From positions 96,782,001 to 96,846,000 of the forward strand of contig NC_043000.1 in the NCBI RefSeq assembly GCF_006345805.1: a stretch of 64,000 nt of DNA. Reading direction: 5' to 3'. The position numbers and the translations under genes were made by a program. Origin of the DNA: Octopus sinensis. Taxonomy: Eukaryota. Each line of letters begins with the position of its first letter. Position 1 is the stretch's first letter. Shown here in pieces: positions 39,008 through 53,644 of this stretch. The notes below the pieces were generated by a model. That model was not told the DNA's origin. It saw only the letters and a list, made by a program, of their open reading frames with translations, and did not search any database.

Positions 39008-39875
39008 TACAGAAAACAGAAAATGGAGAAATATTTATAAACAACAATTGACTTACATTAATTATTATTTATTAATTCAATATAAATAAACTGCATCCCA
39101 TCTAACAGCTGTTTCTGCTTCCAATATAGTATGGTATTGCCATTGATATGCTAAAATATATTTATCATATTTGGTAATAAAACTGATCTGGAACATGGAG
39201 CTTCATCAGAGTGAAAAATAAATAAAGAAGCGCATAGAGAAGAAAAATGGAAAAGTTGAATATGGTTGTAATCATACCATTTTGCTTGCGTATCTCTATG
39301 GGACGTTAAGTAAATGAATAAACTTAAAATAGTATTTGATGGATTAATCCTTTGTATGGGAGGGTGGATAGGATGGGTAAATAATAAAAAAATTTTTTTG
39401 AATAATAGTGGGATATGCCAATAGGTTTTAGTCGAAGAAGAGGTGAAAAAACAAATAAGTTTTTAAATTAATCATAATAATTTGTAATAATTATGTTTAT
39501 AGTACTAATTAATAGTATTTATCATAATAAAATGCTAATCGATTAAATGTAATTTTTTATTTATTTACTAGTAGCTGGTTAAGCCTTTCCGCCTGTTGTC
39601 CGAAGTAATATAGGCCAAGGTCAATGTCAACCATATTCAACTTTTCCTTTTTCTTCTCTAGGCTCTTTTTTTTTTTTTATTTATTCTTCACTCTGATGAA
39701 GATCTACGTTTCAGTTTTATTATCAAATATGATACATATTTTTAGCATATCAATGGTAATACCATCCAACATAGGAAGCAGAAACAGTTGTTAGACGGGA
39801 TGCAGTTTATTTGTAATGAATTAATAATAATTGATGTAAGTCAATTATTGTTCATCAATATTTCTCCATTTTCTG
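39008..39875. repeat. Inverted pair of a ~210-bp repeat (39008-39225 and 39680-39875)
   Basis: Arms are approximate reverse complements with a ~450-bp AT-rich spacer. Confidence 0.8.
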
Positions 39876-40501
39876 TTTTCTTTGTGTGTGTGGTGTGTGT
39901 GTGTGTATGTGTTTGTCCTCCCACCATCACTTGACAACTGATGTTGGTGTGTTTACGCCTTCACAACTTAGCGGTTCGGAAGAAGAGACCGATAGGATAA
40001 GTACAAAGCTTGCAAAGAATAAGTCCTCGGGTCGATTTGTTTGACTAAAGGCGTTGCTCCGGCATGGCCGCAGTCAAATTATTGAAACAAGTAAAAGAAA
40101 AAGAATATGTGTCTATGAGTTCGTTACATATAGCGTCCAACTTAATACACATTTGAATACTCTAACTTGCTTCCCCTGAAAAGTAATGGAGGCAGACATT
40201 AACAACGACGTTCTCTAACATCTTCAATTTCCCCTCTCTCCCCACTCTCCCTTTCCCAAACGGTAGCGGCCACAAGTATAGTTTCTTTAGAGTCAGATTC
40301 ACGGATGATCTATTTTGCTATTATCACCCATAAGTGGGCTATAGCTTTTGAGTATGGCAGTAAGTAATATTGTTCTAGACACCAGAAACCGCCTCTGAAC
40401 GTCTGAGATGCGAATCTACCAAAACTGCTTGCATATGGGCTCCGTCCGCCCTTCATCTTTCGGATTGGTAGCTTCCAATATGTGTGTGTGTGTGTGTGTG
40501 T

Positions 40502-40537
<36 letters not shown>

Positions 40538-40784
40538 CACACTCACACAGAGAAAGGCCACTGACTGAAATAAAACAAATCACGGACACGCCACTCTCTG
40601 GCTCGCATATGTGTTGTCTTCTCTCTCACTATTTTTTATACCCCAACAAGAAAGGCATTGGTTGTCACAGCTGACTGGTTTCACGCCTCCCCTACTTAGA
40701 TGCTCCTCTCCTCTCCTCCGCATCACCCTCTCCTTCTTCCTCTTCTTCCAATTATCTTCATCCATAACATATCCAACCTTTTCC

Positions 40785-41100
40785 AGGATCCGCAGTGGTT
40801 ACAGAATTCGGCTCACGATCGTAAGTCGAGAGTTCGATTTCCGGTAGTGCATTGTGTCCTTGAGCAAGACACTTTATTTCACATTGCTCCAGTCTACTCC
40901 AGGCTGGCTATGTTGAGTTGTACTTGTAATTTAAAAAAACAGTTTCGTCACATCCTGTGTCACACTGAAATTCCATGAGAACTATGTGAAGGATACGCGT
41001 GTCTGTGAAGTGCTTGGCCACTTGCACGTTAATTTCACGAGCAGGCTGTTCCATTGATCAGCTCAACTAGAACCCTTGTCGTCGTAACCGAAAGAGCGCC
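40785..41100 (+). mobile_element. tRNA-headed SINE with CORE-like middle and family C tail
   Basis: B-box gagttcgatttcc, gtgtccttgagcaagacactt segment and tail aacccttgtcgtcgtaaccgaa. Confidence 0.65.
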
Positions 41101-41269
41101 AGTTGTACGTGATCAGAACAGTTCAATAGATACTTATATTTACTTGACTAATACTTAACCCTTTGCTTGTCCAAAGCATTTTCATAAATCTATCCTAAAT
41201 ATCCACATTTCTTTTCAGACTTTTAGTTAGTCTTTCTTTCATATAATCTTGTTGATTGTTCTTTCTCGA

Positions 41270-41557
41270 ACCATGCCTGGCGCATACGGCCCGGTTTCCC
41301 GGTTTCATTGGCGTATAGGCTCCCCACCTGGACGGGACGCCAAGCCCATCGCAAGTGCGCTGCTAGAAGTTGGAGGAAAGAGTGAGAGAAAGTTGTGACG
41401 AAAGAGTCGGCAGAAGTTAGTCATTACCTTCTGCCGGAGCCGCGTGGAGCTTAGGTGTTTCGCTCATAAGCACACATATCGCCTGGTCTGAGATTCGAAC
41501 CTGCTATCCCTCGATCGCGAGTCCGCTGCTCTAACAACTAGGTCATGTGTCTCCACT
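41270..41557 (-). mobile_element. SINE with family C head and body but a different tail
   Basis: Head and body match 20572-20750 in reverse; tail ggcccggtttcccggtttc is unrelated to the family C tail. Confidence 0.65.
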
Positions 41558-42123
41558 TCATATATTCTGGGTAATGTAAATCTTTCTTTCGGAAATCCCA
41601 AGTTACTCTAGTGGTTGCAAAAAGTGGGAATGTATATCGTACATGATGCATAAACTTCGGGGAAATGTGTCCTACCTACCATGCACGTTACACAGGACGA
41701 ATAAAGGGTTAAGTAGCGATCTCAGTATATTTCTGCGTGTCTAGCATATGCATCAGAAGGAACTAACAATTTTAAGGCAAGAATGTTTGTATTATTTCCT
41801 TGTCGCAAACAATTTCTTCAATTCGATGGTATGAACTTTAGATTATCTATAACCTAGTTTCTAAATTTTATGACTTTAAAACATTACGACAGGTAATACA
41901 AATATCGATAAATTACGCATTGTCTTTTTATATATATCATTTTAACATTTCTTTGAACAATATTAAAATTACGATGCAATTTAGCCCCCTTTCTGAGACT
42001 ATTATGTTTTAATTTATTACATTTATTGACCGATGGATGTTTCCAACAAATCGTTATCGTTTTCAACGAATGCTAATAACCCGAATACTCACCTATATAC
42101 TTTGGTATATATATATTATATAT

Positions 42124-42156
<33 letters not shown>

Positions 42157-42169
42157 ATATATTATATAT

Positions 42170-42208
<39 letters not shown>

Positions 42209-42487
42209 ATATACCAAAGTATATAGATGCAATATCTATACATACTATACGAACAACATATCCGCACGACCATATGACCATATACATATATATACGTATA
42301 CGCACGACCATATGTTCATATGGGTATGTATAGATATGTGCATCTATATACTTTGGCATATTGTACTGATGACAGCAGGGTGTTTTATAATACTAAGCCA
42401 GAAATCAATTTACAATTATGTGTGTGTATGTGTGTGCATACGTATCTACATATGTGTATACATACACACACACACACACGCACACAG

Positions 42488-42522
<35 letters not shown>

Positions 42523-43412
42523 TATATATATATATAGAGAGAGAGACAGACAGACAGACAGATATGTTTCTTTATTAGCCATACAGAGCTGCACACAGAC
42601 GGGACAGATTACAAAGTAGAGCTTTTCTTTTTGGGGGAGAGAAAAAAAGGTGGGTTAGGTTTTCGATCAAAAGTGATCGTAAAAGGGAAAGAAGAAGAAA
42701 AGGAAAAAAAAGGGAAAAAAACGATCAATAGGGATCATGTATCACAGTGTCATGGTGTAAAGTGTAAAGGGGGAAGCAGATAAGGTTTATCCGTGGGAAG
42801 AAAAGCCTACGGAAAAGACCACGGTAACCTCGGTTAATGATGTTACATGTTACCACATTTATTTGCAAGTAGGTAACCCTCTGTTTTAAATTTTCCGGGT
42901 TCATAGGATTATGCTCAAGGTGGCTTCGTCATTCATACGTGCCATCCTTGCTACATTTACCCATCTTTTTTTGAAACATTCGCAAGACAAAACTTGCCTC
43001 TCTACTCTCACTTTCCTTTTCAAGTGATACTTGAAAAAGTTAGACAGATAGACATATAGACAAACAGATAGAAAGATAGACAGACAGACAGACAGATAGA
43101 TAGATATATAGATAGATAGATAGATAGATAGATAAATAGATAGGTAGACGGATAGATAGATAGATAGTTAGACAGACAGACAGACAGACAGATAGATAGA
43201 TAGGTAGACAGACAGACAGACAGATATTATTATTTTGCTGTTTTTAAATAAATGTCCAGTTCCTTTGGTTTGTGTCTATGTTTTCGTTTCTCATTGTGTT
43301 CGACGTCCTTTTTGGTGTCCTGTACTCATATATGCGTGTATATGTACATGTAGAGGTAGGTACGTACATATATGTTTTATATATGCATATGTTTTATTTT
43401 ATTTATTAATAT

Positions 43413-43458
<46 letters not shown>

Positions 43459-44189
43459 TATATATATATAGATAGATAGATAGATAGATAGATACTCATA
43501 CACATAGTTTATCTTCTAGCGTTAATTTATCACCTAGCTTTATCAGAACAGTCTCATTCTATAAACGTCCAACATACCACAGTGCTCCATCTCGATTTGA
43601 AGTTTGCAGGAAGAAAAAAAATCACCTGAATCATATGAATTTAATTCTAAGAGGTCAACATCTTGCAGAAAATACGAAACTGCGCTCATCATATCCAACA
43701 TGATGTTGCTTTAAGAAGCAAATATATAGAAGTCGGTAATCGAAATTGTAACTACAACTTTTCGGGAACCTACATTTTTTTATCTCCTAGGAAAAGAAGG
43801 AAAGTAGCGTCCCATGTCCATTTTCAGGTCCCCCAAGATCGGTGAGGGGAAGTTATTCACAGACCAGACACCCGTCTAAATGGTTGTGAGAGAGTAGATT
43901 CTGCAGAATACAGCCAAGGTTCCATAATGATCCTGCCAGCACACCGCCTTATACCTATTTATATATCAGCATATCAAATGATATATCACTTAAGTAACAA
44001 CTAATTAAGAAGTTTGAATCGCAACCGTGTGCTTCACACAGTTCGACCACATTGCGCAGTGCTGTTGACAAGCTGTATGTCTGTGGGGCTGGGGGGTGTA
44101 CTGAGTTTGTATTTCTCGGATTAGTTTTAATAGCCACTTACGGATAAATTAAGCAAAGCAAATATATAATTAATCCATCACCGCCCGAA

Positions 44190-44378
44190 AAAAACATGTC
44201 TGTCAATTATATAATAAAGGCCCTCATATCATTGGCAGTCTGACGGAAAACATCTGTAGGCAATGTGAATACGCATGATTCTACGATGCATTTAACTGAG
44301 AAGAGACATTTATGCAAGAATTGTGGTAAAAGCCTCATGCATCAGATTAGCTAGAAAGTCTTCACTTTACACCTCATT
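44190..44378 (+). pseudogene. Decayed C2H2 zinc-finger coding fragment
   Basis: HLTEKRHLCKNCGKSLMHQIS*KVFTLH, plus an upstream KHVCQLYNK...SIGSLTENI finger-like remnant; stops and frameshifts. Confidence 0.35.
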
Positions 44379-44650
44379 AACAGGTAATGGTCATACTGAG
44401 CGGATTCTCATCATGTAAGTGTGTGTGTGTGTGAGCGTGCATGATCTACATACATATATATATATATATATATAATATATATAAATACACATATACACAC
44501 AAACACACATATAAACATACATACACACACACACACACGTATATATATATATACATACATATACATGCATATATATTTGCGCGTGTATATAAACATATGT
44601 AAATATATATATTTATGTATATATAAACATAAATACACACACAGATATCT

Positions 44651-44721
<71 letters not shown>

Positions 44722-45088
44722 CTATATATATATACATATATGATGGTTGCCCCCTCGTTATCGAGTATGGCCATTGCACGATATACATACATGCATAAAT
44801 ACATACATATGTATACACATACACACACATAAAGAGGGAGGCAGAGTGAAAAAGAGGTAGTAGATTCTACTTACTCGTCATCATATCGATGAAAGATGTA
44901 AATATTGGCGAGAAAGCCATTAAAATGGAGCTTTCAGACAAAAATGCATTGTGCTATCTGTTTCGCTTGAGTGGCAAAGACACTCCCTTGTTACCCTCGC
45001 CTACAGAAATGCAGTGAACCAGTTATTGGCCCTTTGGGAATTTATAATCAACGACACAATTTTTCACAAAATGCGATGCGTGTGTATT

Positions 45089-45159
<71 letters not shown>

Positions 45160-45313
45160 GCGTGTGTGTGTGTGCACGCGTGTGAACGTAACTCATTTAG
45201 GAGATTATTTTTCAGAAAACCCTGCTAATCAAATATTCCATAGTGTTATTACCTGCAGTCGGATAATATAATTCATTCATTCAGGTGCATGTATGTATGT
45301 ATGAGTGTATGTG

Positions 45314-45357
<44 letters not shown>

Positions 45358-45530
45358 AACATATACACATATATGTATATGTCTGTGTGTCTGTGTATAC
45401 ATATGTATATATATATACATACGTGTGTGTGTGTATGCACACACACACATATATGTATGTATATTTGTATGTATATATATATATATATATATATGCATAT
45501 ACATGTATATATATACATACACACACACAC

Positions 45531-45568
<38 letters not shown>

Positions 45569-45658
45569 CAAATTATGAATATATATATACACATACAAAC
45601 ATATATATATACATAGGTACGTACTATGTACTTTTGTGTATATGCGTGTGTCTGTCTG

Positions 45659-45696
<38 letters not shown>

Positions 45697-45914
45697 ATTT
45701 TACAATCTGTACAGAACAGGCCATACATTTGAGATGAGGGAATAAGCAATTGAATCGATTACATTCTTTGAGAGGTCATTAATTTTATCGACTCCGGAAA
45801 AATTAAAGATGATGTCAAGTTTAGGAGACTTAACTAAATTGTCTGCAAACTATTTTGTCTACCGCTCAATCTGTTCGGTTTTCTATTGCACCTACATACA
45901 TACATACATACATA

Positions 45915-46195
45915 CACATGAGGAAATTAGCTGCCTAGCGGATGTTAACATAAACCTGAAGATCAGTGAAAAAGAGAATACCTACGCAGTTACTCTATCC
46001 AGATTATAAGTTCAGGTTTATACCTGTAATTATTGAAGCACTGGGATATGTAACTCACTGCCTAACTACCAATCTTCAGAAATTAAGCTTCTCAAAAGCA
46101 GAAAGGAGAAAGCTCTATTCGAAGATTACAGATTTAATCCCTCACTGGAACTGTAAAAATCTGTAGAACTTCCCAGATGTTTATCGTTTTCCAAA
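45915..46195 (+). mobile_element. RLE-endonuclease C-terminus of another non-LTR retrotransposon
   Basis: EISCLADVNINLKISEKENTY...YPDYKFRFIPVIIEALGYV...TGTVKIC, typical of R4/NeSL-type RLE C-termini. Confidence 0.6.
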
Positions 46196-46309
46196 AGTTT
46201 ATCGTTTAAGTATATATGAGCATGTCTAGATATGCAACTATATGCATGAGAATACTTACGTGAACCAAAACATACGAATCTGCACGTATACATACAAAGA
46301 TGCATGCAT

Positions 46310-46719
46310 ACAAAAATACCCTGTTGATATTGTTGAAATTCCAATGAAGGAGACTTGGATCTAGGTTTGAAACCGGATCTTTCTCTATGGCAAGAAATCT
46401 TGAAATAAATCTGAATAATGACATACATATATTATTGACCGCACTTTCTCAGTGTATGTGTTTTGTTTGTTTGCCAGTTCACTGCTGAATAACGCTAGGG
46501 GGACGACTCCCTCACAAAGTTGGGTGTTAAAACACCTGAACATCATAGAGAAGCAAGGCATCACGCTACCAATCGAATTCAGGAATGATAGATACCGATA
46601 TTTCGTCATTTTTGTTGCTTATCAACATCACATACAGGAATCGAATCGGTAACGAATCTCATCACCAGTCTTTGACTATATACAGTATAAAAACTATTTG
46701 CTGGTATGCCACGGCGATA
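46310..46719 (+). repeat. ~400-bp repeat ending in (TACA)n, copy 2
   Basis: Direct paralog of 35950-36353. Confidence 0.8.
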
Positions 46720-46757
46720 CATACATACATACATACATACATACATACATACATACA

Positions 46758-46791
<34 letters not shown>

Positions 46792-47164
46792 CATACATAC
46801 ATATACATACATACATAATACATACATACATACATACATACACACACATACACACACAAATACATACATATATATGTATGTGTGTGTATGTGTTTGAGAG
46901 TGCGTGTACATATATATATTCACAAAAAAACAAAACGAAACAAAACAAAAGACAAAGACAGGTGGTATAGACAACAAACAGATATATTAGTTTAACGCTC
47001 GGGAAGCGAAAAAGTTTCGAGCCTACGCTCTTCCACGGAAAGGAACACAGAAAGTAACAGGGAGAGAAAATATCGGCTTATATCAGCTGAAAATGTTATT
47101 AATTCCAGTCGTTTTCTGGTCGTCTACGAAGAAATTATGAGTTACATAGATATTTCTAGCAGTT

Positions 47165-48470
47165 GGAGATCCTAGCATGTTACCATGTGTTTCCGCAGTA
47201 GGAACGATAATAGATTCTGTGCCAAAATGAAAAGAAGTTCAGAACGACTATCTCCCTGGAATATTCCATTTGAAATGCCTATCATATCAGAAACAATTAT
47301 TCTGTTCTCAATCGTAAGGGTAAGAATTGCGTTCATGTCTTTGTGAGTTTCTCTATAGCAGCAATTAATGTAGGAGATACTTTTGCCAGATGTAGGCACT
47401 TCAACAGCCATGAATAAGAGATAGAGTCGAATGACTTCCTATAGTCAAGCCATACTGCCACAAGGTTTCTATGTTGTTTTCTCACTTCAGACAGTGCAGT
47501 TTTGTTTTTTCAAAGTTGTTCGGCACATACCCACACTCCTTACTTTCCACCAGCCTGTTCATCAGACACAATGTTGTTCGACTCACAATGGTCCTGGAGG
47601 AATTGGTTGAGGCAGCTTGTTTACAGTTTGTACATAATGTTTAGGCAAGCAATGGGCCTGTAGTTTCCTACCATCTCGGTGACTTCATTTTTGGCAACAA
47701 GATTTGTCCTTGCTGTAGTAAGCCAATTTGGTATTTCACTCTGACCTTCCATAAGCCCTTTTGAACATACATATCAAGTGATTTCTATAAATGTCAGCTT
47801 CTTGTATCAATATCCGACTGTTAGTTCCCTTCCAGGTGCCTTCCCATTCTGCATTAATTTTGTATGTTTTACTCTTAGTGTTGGTACAGTATTCTCTCTC
47901 AATTTTATTCAACTATGATGCATTCAGGTTAAAATCACTATTTTCGTTCCAAATGTTTAACCAGAATGATTGTAGATCTTCTTTGGAGGGAGCTTTCTTA
48001 ATGGTAATGTTTTCCTTCATCTATCTATATAATGCTTGTAGGTTGGAAGCAAACTTGCGATTGATACTGGCTCGTTCAAAAATTCGCTTGCGATAGTGGA
48101 GATTCTCGCTCATCGTCCTGAGTTCGTGTTTTAAAGTGATCAGCTTTCCCTCAAGAGCTCGGTGTGAAGAGTTGCCATAGAGTTTCATTAATTTTTGTCT
48201 AATGTAGAGTTGGCGAGGTGTAATCTTATTTTTCTCCTTGCATTTTATTGTTGTAGTTAACCATCCGATGTGGCGGTGCACGTTGTTGATGTTTTCTTCA
48301 AGTTTTGTATTCCATCTAGGTTGTTTCCGTGTAGTAATTTCAGTACTTTGATCACTGTAGATTTCTTCTGGGTGTTCTTTAAGAGTAATAGAGGCTGTGT
48401 ATATAATAGTATTTATATTCCAGTAATAAACATCACATCATTCCATGTGTACCCCAGCGACATCGTTGAT
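47165..48470 (-). mobile_element. Degenerate R4-type retrotransposon, pre-RT region and RT N-terminal half
   Basis: GIFQGDSRSELLF, a KAPG-type RT motif and TPRQLYIRQKLMKLYG...FASNLQALYR. Confidence 0.65.
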
Positions 48471-48529
48471 AACTTTATGTATGTATGTATGTATGTATGT
48501 ATGGATGGATGGATGGATGGATGTACGTA

Positions 48530-49393
48530 CTAGCTAACGTACCCGGAAATTCCCGGGAAAGCGGGGTTTATCCCTCGATTCCTTTCTCATAATTGTTTCG
48601 CTAATCCAATAACAACAATACAAAGTATGTAGCCCTTAAAACGGTTTTTGTGCATTTACAGAGAATACCGAATTGTTTTTCACAGGATCTTGTTTTTAAG
48701 AATTCCCAATAAGTTATGAATACCCAAATTGTGATGTTAGTTATGTAACAACATGAAATTAGTTCCCCGATAATACGAATTGAAATGAAGTGGGCCCTGA
48801 AAAGGGTTTTAATGCGTTCCCAGAGTATATAGAACACATGCGGAAATACTAATAAAGTATGTAAATTAAAATCGTGAAGCATGTTACGTAGTAAAAGGCT
48901 AATCAGATATGAGATAATAACAATTCAAATGGCTTTTGTGCGTTCTCAGAGAATATTACCCTCAGCAGCACTAGTGTTGGTATATTCCTGAGTAAGTCAC
49001 TAACAGAAATAAGTGGATCTATTGTTTAGGAAAATACTATTTACTTGTTTAAGGGTTATACTGGATAAATTGCGAAAATAACTCTAACAGTTCAAATACT
49101 AAGAAATAAGCATACACAATTTCATTTTTACCAAATAAGTTAGGAAAGTGAATTGGTTATTTCCCTTGGTTTTTAAACTAAAATATATTAGATATATATA
49201 AGAATCCTTTCCAGGGCCCTATTATCAATTTTTTCAACAATCTGAGTCTGCCATGAGGTTTCCAGACATAAGTTCTACACACATGTCAAGTTTCATGAAA
49301 ATCGATAAAACGGTGTAGGAGGAGTTAGCTAACCACTCCACAAACACACCCACAGACAGAATTTCCCACATATGAAGTGGATGTATGTATAGA
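48530..49393 (-). mobile_element. Non-autonomous Helitron with canonical termini
   Basis: Minus strand starts A|TC at 49393 and ends with hairpin cccgggaatttccggg followed by CTAG|T at 48530. Confidence 0.8.
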
Positions 49394-49603
49394 TCACGTC
49401 CCACAAAGTGATCTGATCAATCCGGTGAAAGTCACACATTTCGTGTGTCACTCAGGCTTCCGACTATGAAGGTCTACAGCGTGACTGCTCAATCATCAGA
49501 GAGGTCATAGACGGAAGGCCAGAAACACCATTGACAACGAGGAAGCTCGCAATCATTTGTGAAGGTTGGGCAATCCTCATGTACGTATAATATTTTATTA
49601 TGT

Positions 49604-49782
49604 AGACGCAGGCATTGGTATCTGGTAAGAAGCATGCTTCCCAACCACATAATTCCAGGTTCAATCCCACTGCATGGTGCCTTGAGCAAGTGTCTTGTAC
49701 CTACCAAAGTCTTTTGAGTTGATTCGATGGACGGAAACTGAAAGAAGCCCTTCGTATATATTCACATGTGAGTGTGTGTGTG

Positions 49783-49868
<86 letters not shown>

Positions 49869-50075
49869 TATCTGTATTTCTCACCCCCACTACCATCATT
49901 ACTTCACAACCAATTTCACCGAACCGCATTTTAGCGGTTCGGCTAAAGACACCGATAAAATAAGTAGCAGGCTTGAAAAAATAAGTACTGGGGTCGATTC
50001 ATTCACTAAAAATTCAAGGCAGTGTCTCAGCATAGCCACAGTCTAATGATTGAAGCAAGTAGATGATAAAAGTTA
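49604..50075 (+). mobile_element. SINE family A
   Basis: Head agacgcaggcattgg, B-box ggttcaatccc, internal (GT)n and family tail. Confidence 0.75.
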
Positions 50076-50556
50076 AAACATGCATGCACATGAATGCTTA
50101 TTTGTGTCGGGGGCTTATGTCGGAGGCTATGCTTATATTAGGATTAAAAACATAACGACCGGCTTACTTTATACTAGAGTACCTCTATGGCCAGTAAACC
50201 ACCAGTTCAATTAAGAATTATCGTTAGTATGTGTAACACACTTAAACGACTAAAATCTCAAAGTCGGTGTCATATCGTAGTAAAAGAACATAAAATTTGT
50301 GCATGTAAGTGTGTGTGTGTGTGTGTTTTGGATGATATATTGGAGACTCTTATAAGTTATTCTATTTCATTCATAGAGATATTATCGTCATTACTCTCTG
50401 ATTAATTTAATTGAATTTTATTTTTCTTATTGTCCAGTCTCAGTGATCTAATTTTCTTAGAAGTTGAGATGTGTACTCTCAAACAAATCTCTCTGTCTCT
50501 TTCTCTCTCTCTGTATGTATGTGTATACATACTACATACATATACATATATATATA

Positions 50557-50608
<52 letters not shown>

Positions 50609-50767
50609 ATATATATATATATAATTGGAAATGGATGCATGGCGTTCAATATAACAATATAAATAACACACACACACATACACACACACACACGCACACA
50701 CACACATACACACACACGCACACACACACATACACACACACATACACACACACACACTCACACAACC

Positions 50768-51990
50768 ATATATGGCTACAGAACGTCACCAACAGTAAAC
50801 GACATGAAATACGTAAGCAAATGAGTTCAATACGGAAACAACGAGAGAAACAAATGGAAAAAGAAAACAGGACAAGTAACATAAAGAACGAATCTTCATC
50901 AATTGTCAGTTGTCTATCTACTCCCCATTTCGAGCATTGAACGACAATATGAGTCTTCGAAGACAGTTGCTCCCATAAATACCAAAATGAAATTTGGGAT
51001 TTATGGGAACAAAAAAGAAAACAGTGGAGACATACAAGGAAACCGAATGAAAACAAACATGGAAGGTTACTAGACCAGAACGAGGGTAAAAACAGCGAAC
51101 GCTAGAGAAATATTTTCATTGACAGGAGAAAAGTAGAAGAGAGAGGTAGGATACGTGCTGTCCTTAAGACAGTCCTGATGAGAGAAAGATGGATGATGGT
51201 CACGTGTGAGCAACGAGAGAAACGGAGAAAGAGGGAGACAGACAGATAGACAGATGAAAAAGGGAGGAGAAAACACTATATATATATTATATATATATGC
51301 ATATATATATATATATATAAATATATTATTTATATTATTATTGGATTGAACGCCACGCATCCATTTCCAAGTTAGTTTACATTTATCTTTTTGATACGAC
51401 TCTATACTGTTTTCTGTCTCATCCTTTCTCTAATTCCCTTTTTTCTCCCCTTCGCAATTTTCTATCTGTCTCCCTCTTTCTCCCTCTCCCTCCCTCTTTC
51501 TACGTTTCTCTCTCTCGTTGCTCACATATGACCACCGTCCATCTTTCTCTTCCTCACGTAATCATCTTTATTTTCTTTCGGGACTGACTTAAGGACAGCG
51601 CATATCCTATCTCTCTCTTCTATCTTTTCTCATGACAGAGAAAATATTTCTCCAGCGTTCGTTATTTTTACCCTCGTTCTGGTTTAATGACCCTCCATTT
51701 TGGTTTTCGTCGGTTTTCTTGTATGTCTCCACTGGCCCGTTTTTTTCCCCAACTTCGACCCTCCAAAAATCCCAAATTTTATTTTGGAACTTATGGCAGC
51801 AACTGTCTTCGAAGACTCTTATTCAATGCTCGAAATAGGGAGAAGACAGACAACCACAACTGATGAAGGGTCGTTCTTTTAGGTTACTTGTCCTGTTTTC
51901 CATTTGCTTCTCTTGTAGTTTGCGCATTGAACTCATTTGCTTTCGTATTTCATGTTGTTTAATGTTGGTGAGGTCCTGTACCCATATATG
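50768..51990. repeat. Inverted pair of the 6053-family repeat (50768-51275 and ~51345-51990)
   Basis: For example catatatggctacagaac (left) vs gtcctgtacccatatatg (right), and gaagacagttgc vs gcaactgtcttc. Confidence 0.75.
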
Positions 51991-52113
51991 CACGTTTATA
52001 TACATATATGCATATATATATATATATTATATATATATATATATTATATATATATATATACATACATATAAATACATATATATATACATATATATATATA
52101 CATACATATAAAT

Positions 52114-52210
<97 letters not shown>

Positions 52211-52343
52211 AACTTAAGGATAACTTCATACTTTTTAATAGAATATATATTTATGAAACTTTTACAAGATTAAGCTTGACAGAGACTTGAAAGTATTAGA
52301 TTACTAACCTTCGTCGGACACACATACATACAATGAACGTACT

Positions 52344-52401
<58 letters not shown>

Positions 52402-53644
52402 CATATATACACAAGTATGCCTATATGTATATATACACATACATACATACACTAATTTACATGCATACACGTAACATGACTGCGTGCTTCTCGGTTACAA
52501 TGTAAACTAAACTCACGTGACATCAGCCATAAACATAACAGAGGCTATAATGATATTGCTTTATTACGCTGAAATCGGTAGTTGTTGGTTTGCGTAGCGG
52601 ACGGGTGAATACTTTTGTGTAGAACCCAGGCTTTATGTGAATGTGCGTGGTGTGGTGCATTATGTGTGTGTATGAGTGTGTTTGGTGGGAGAATGAGAGA
52701 AGGAGACACAGAGAGAGGGGAAGAGAGAGAGAGAGAGATACAGTGAGACAGACAGACAAATAGACGGACAGACAGATAAATAGACAGAGGAGAGGATTAA
52801 GAGGACACCATAGAATAATGTTTGTTTCCGATATTCGTGAACAGTATTCGCACGTTTCAGAGCACATTTATATAATACAGTCAGTTAACCACAAGCAAAC
52901 ACATTCACATACACATACATACACACACACAAACACACTCACATACGCATACACACACACACACAAACACACACACGCACGCACACGCGCGCACACACAC
53001 ACACATTCACACACATACCCACTCACCTCCTCCCCAGGTATATACATGCGAATGTCCTTTTCTTTGCAGCAGAGAAATGATCATATACACATGCACAAGC
53101 ATAGGAAACCATACGCATACAAGAAAAAAAAGACTGCTTCGAATGTATCCCCATAAACACGTACATACACGCATACATATGTACATACATGCATGCGCAC
53201 TTGCATACATGCATACGCACTTGCATACATGCATACATATATACATACACACATATGTGCATATATGTGTACATGCACAATGCATATGCGCATGCATATA
53301 CATATGTGCATACATGCGTACATGCATACATGCATACGTACATACATACATACATACATATATACATACAAACATACATACAATCATCATATATGCATGC
53401 TTATTGACATACATAAATGCATACATACATTCATATATACATACATACATACATACATACATACATACATTTATGCATGCATACATGCATACACACATAC
53501 ATGCATACATGCATGTATACACCCCCCGACTCACACGCACACACACACACACATATATGTATATATATATATATATTGATAAAACGGTAAGATAACAAAA
53601 GAAAGAAAGAGACCTCAATATTATGTAAATAGAGGAAATTTATC

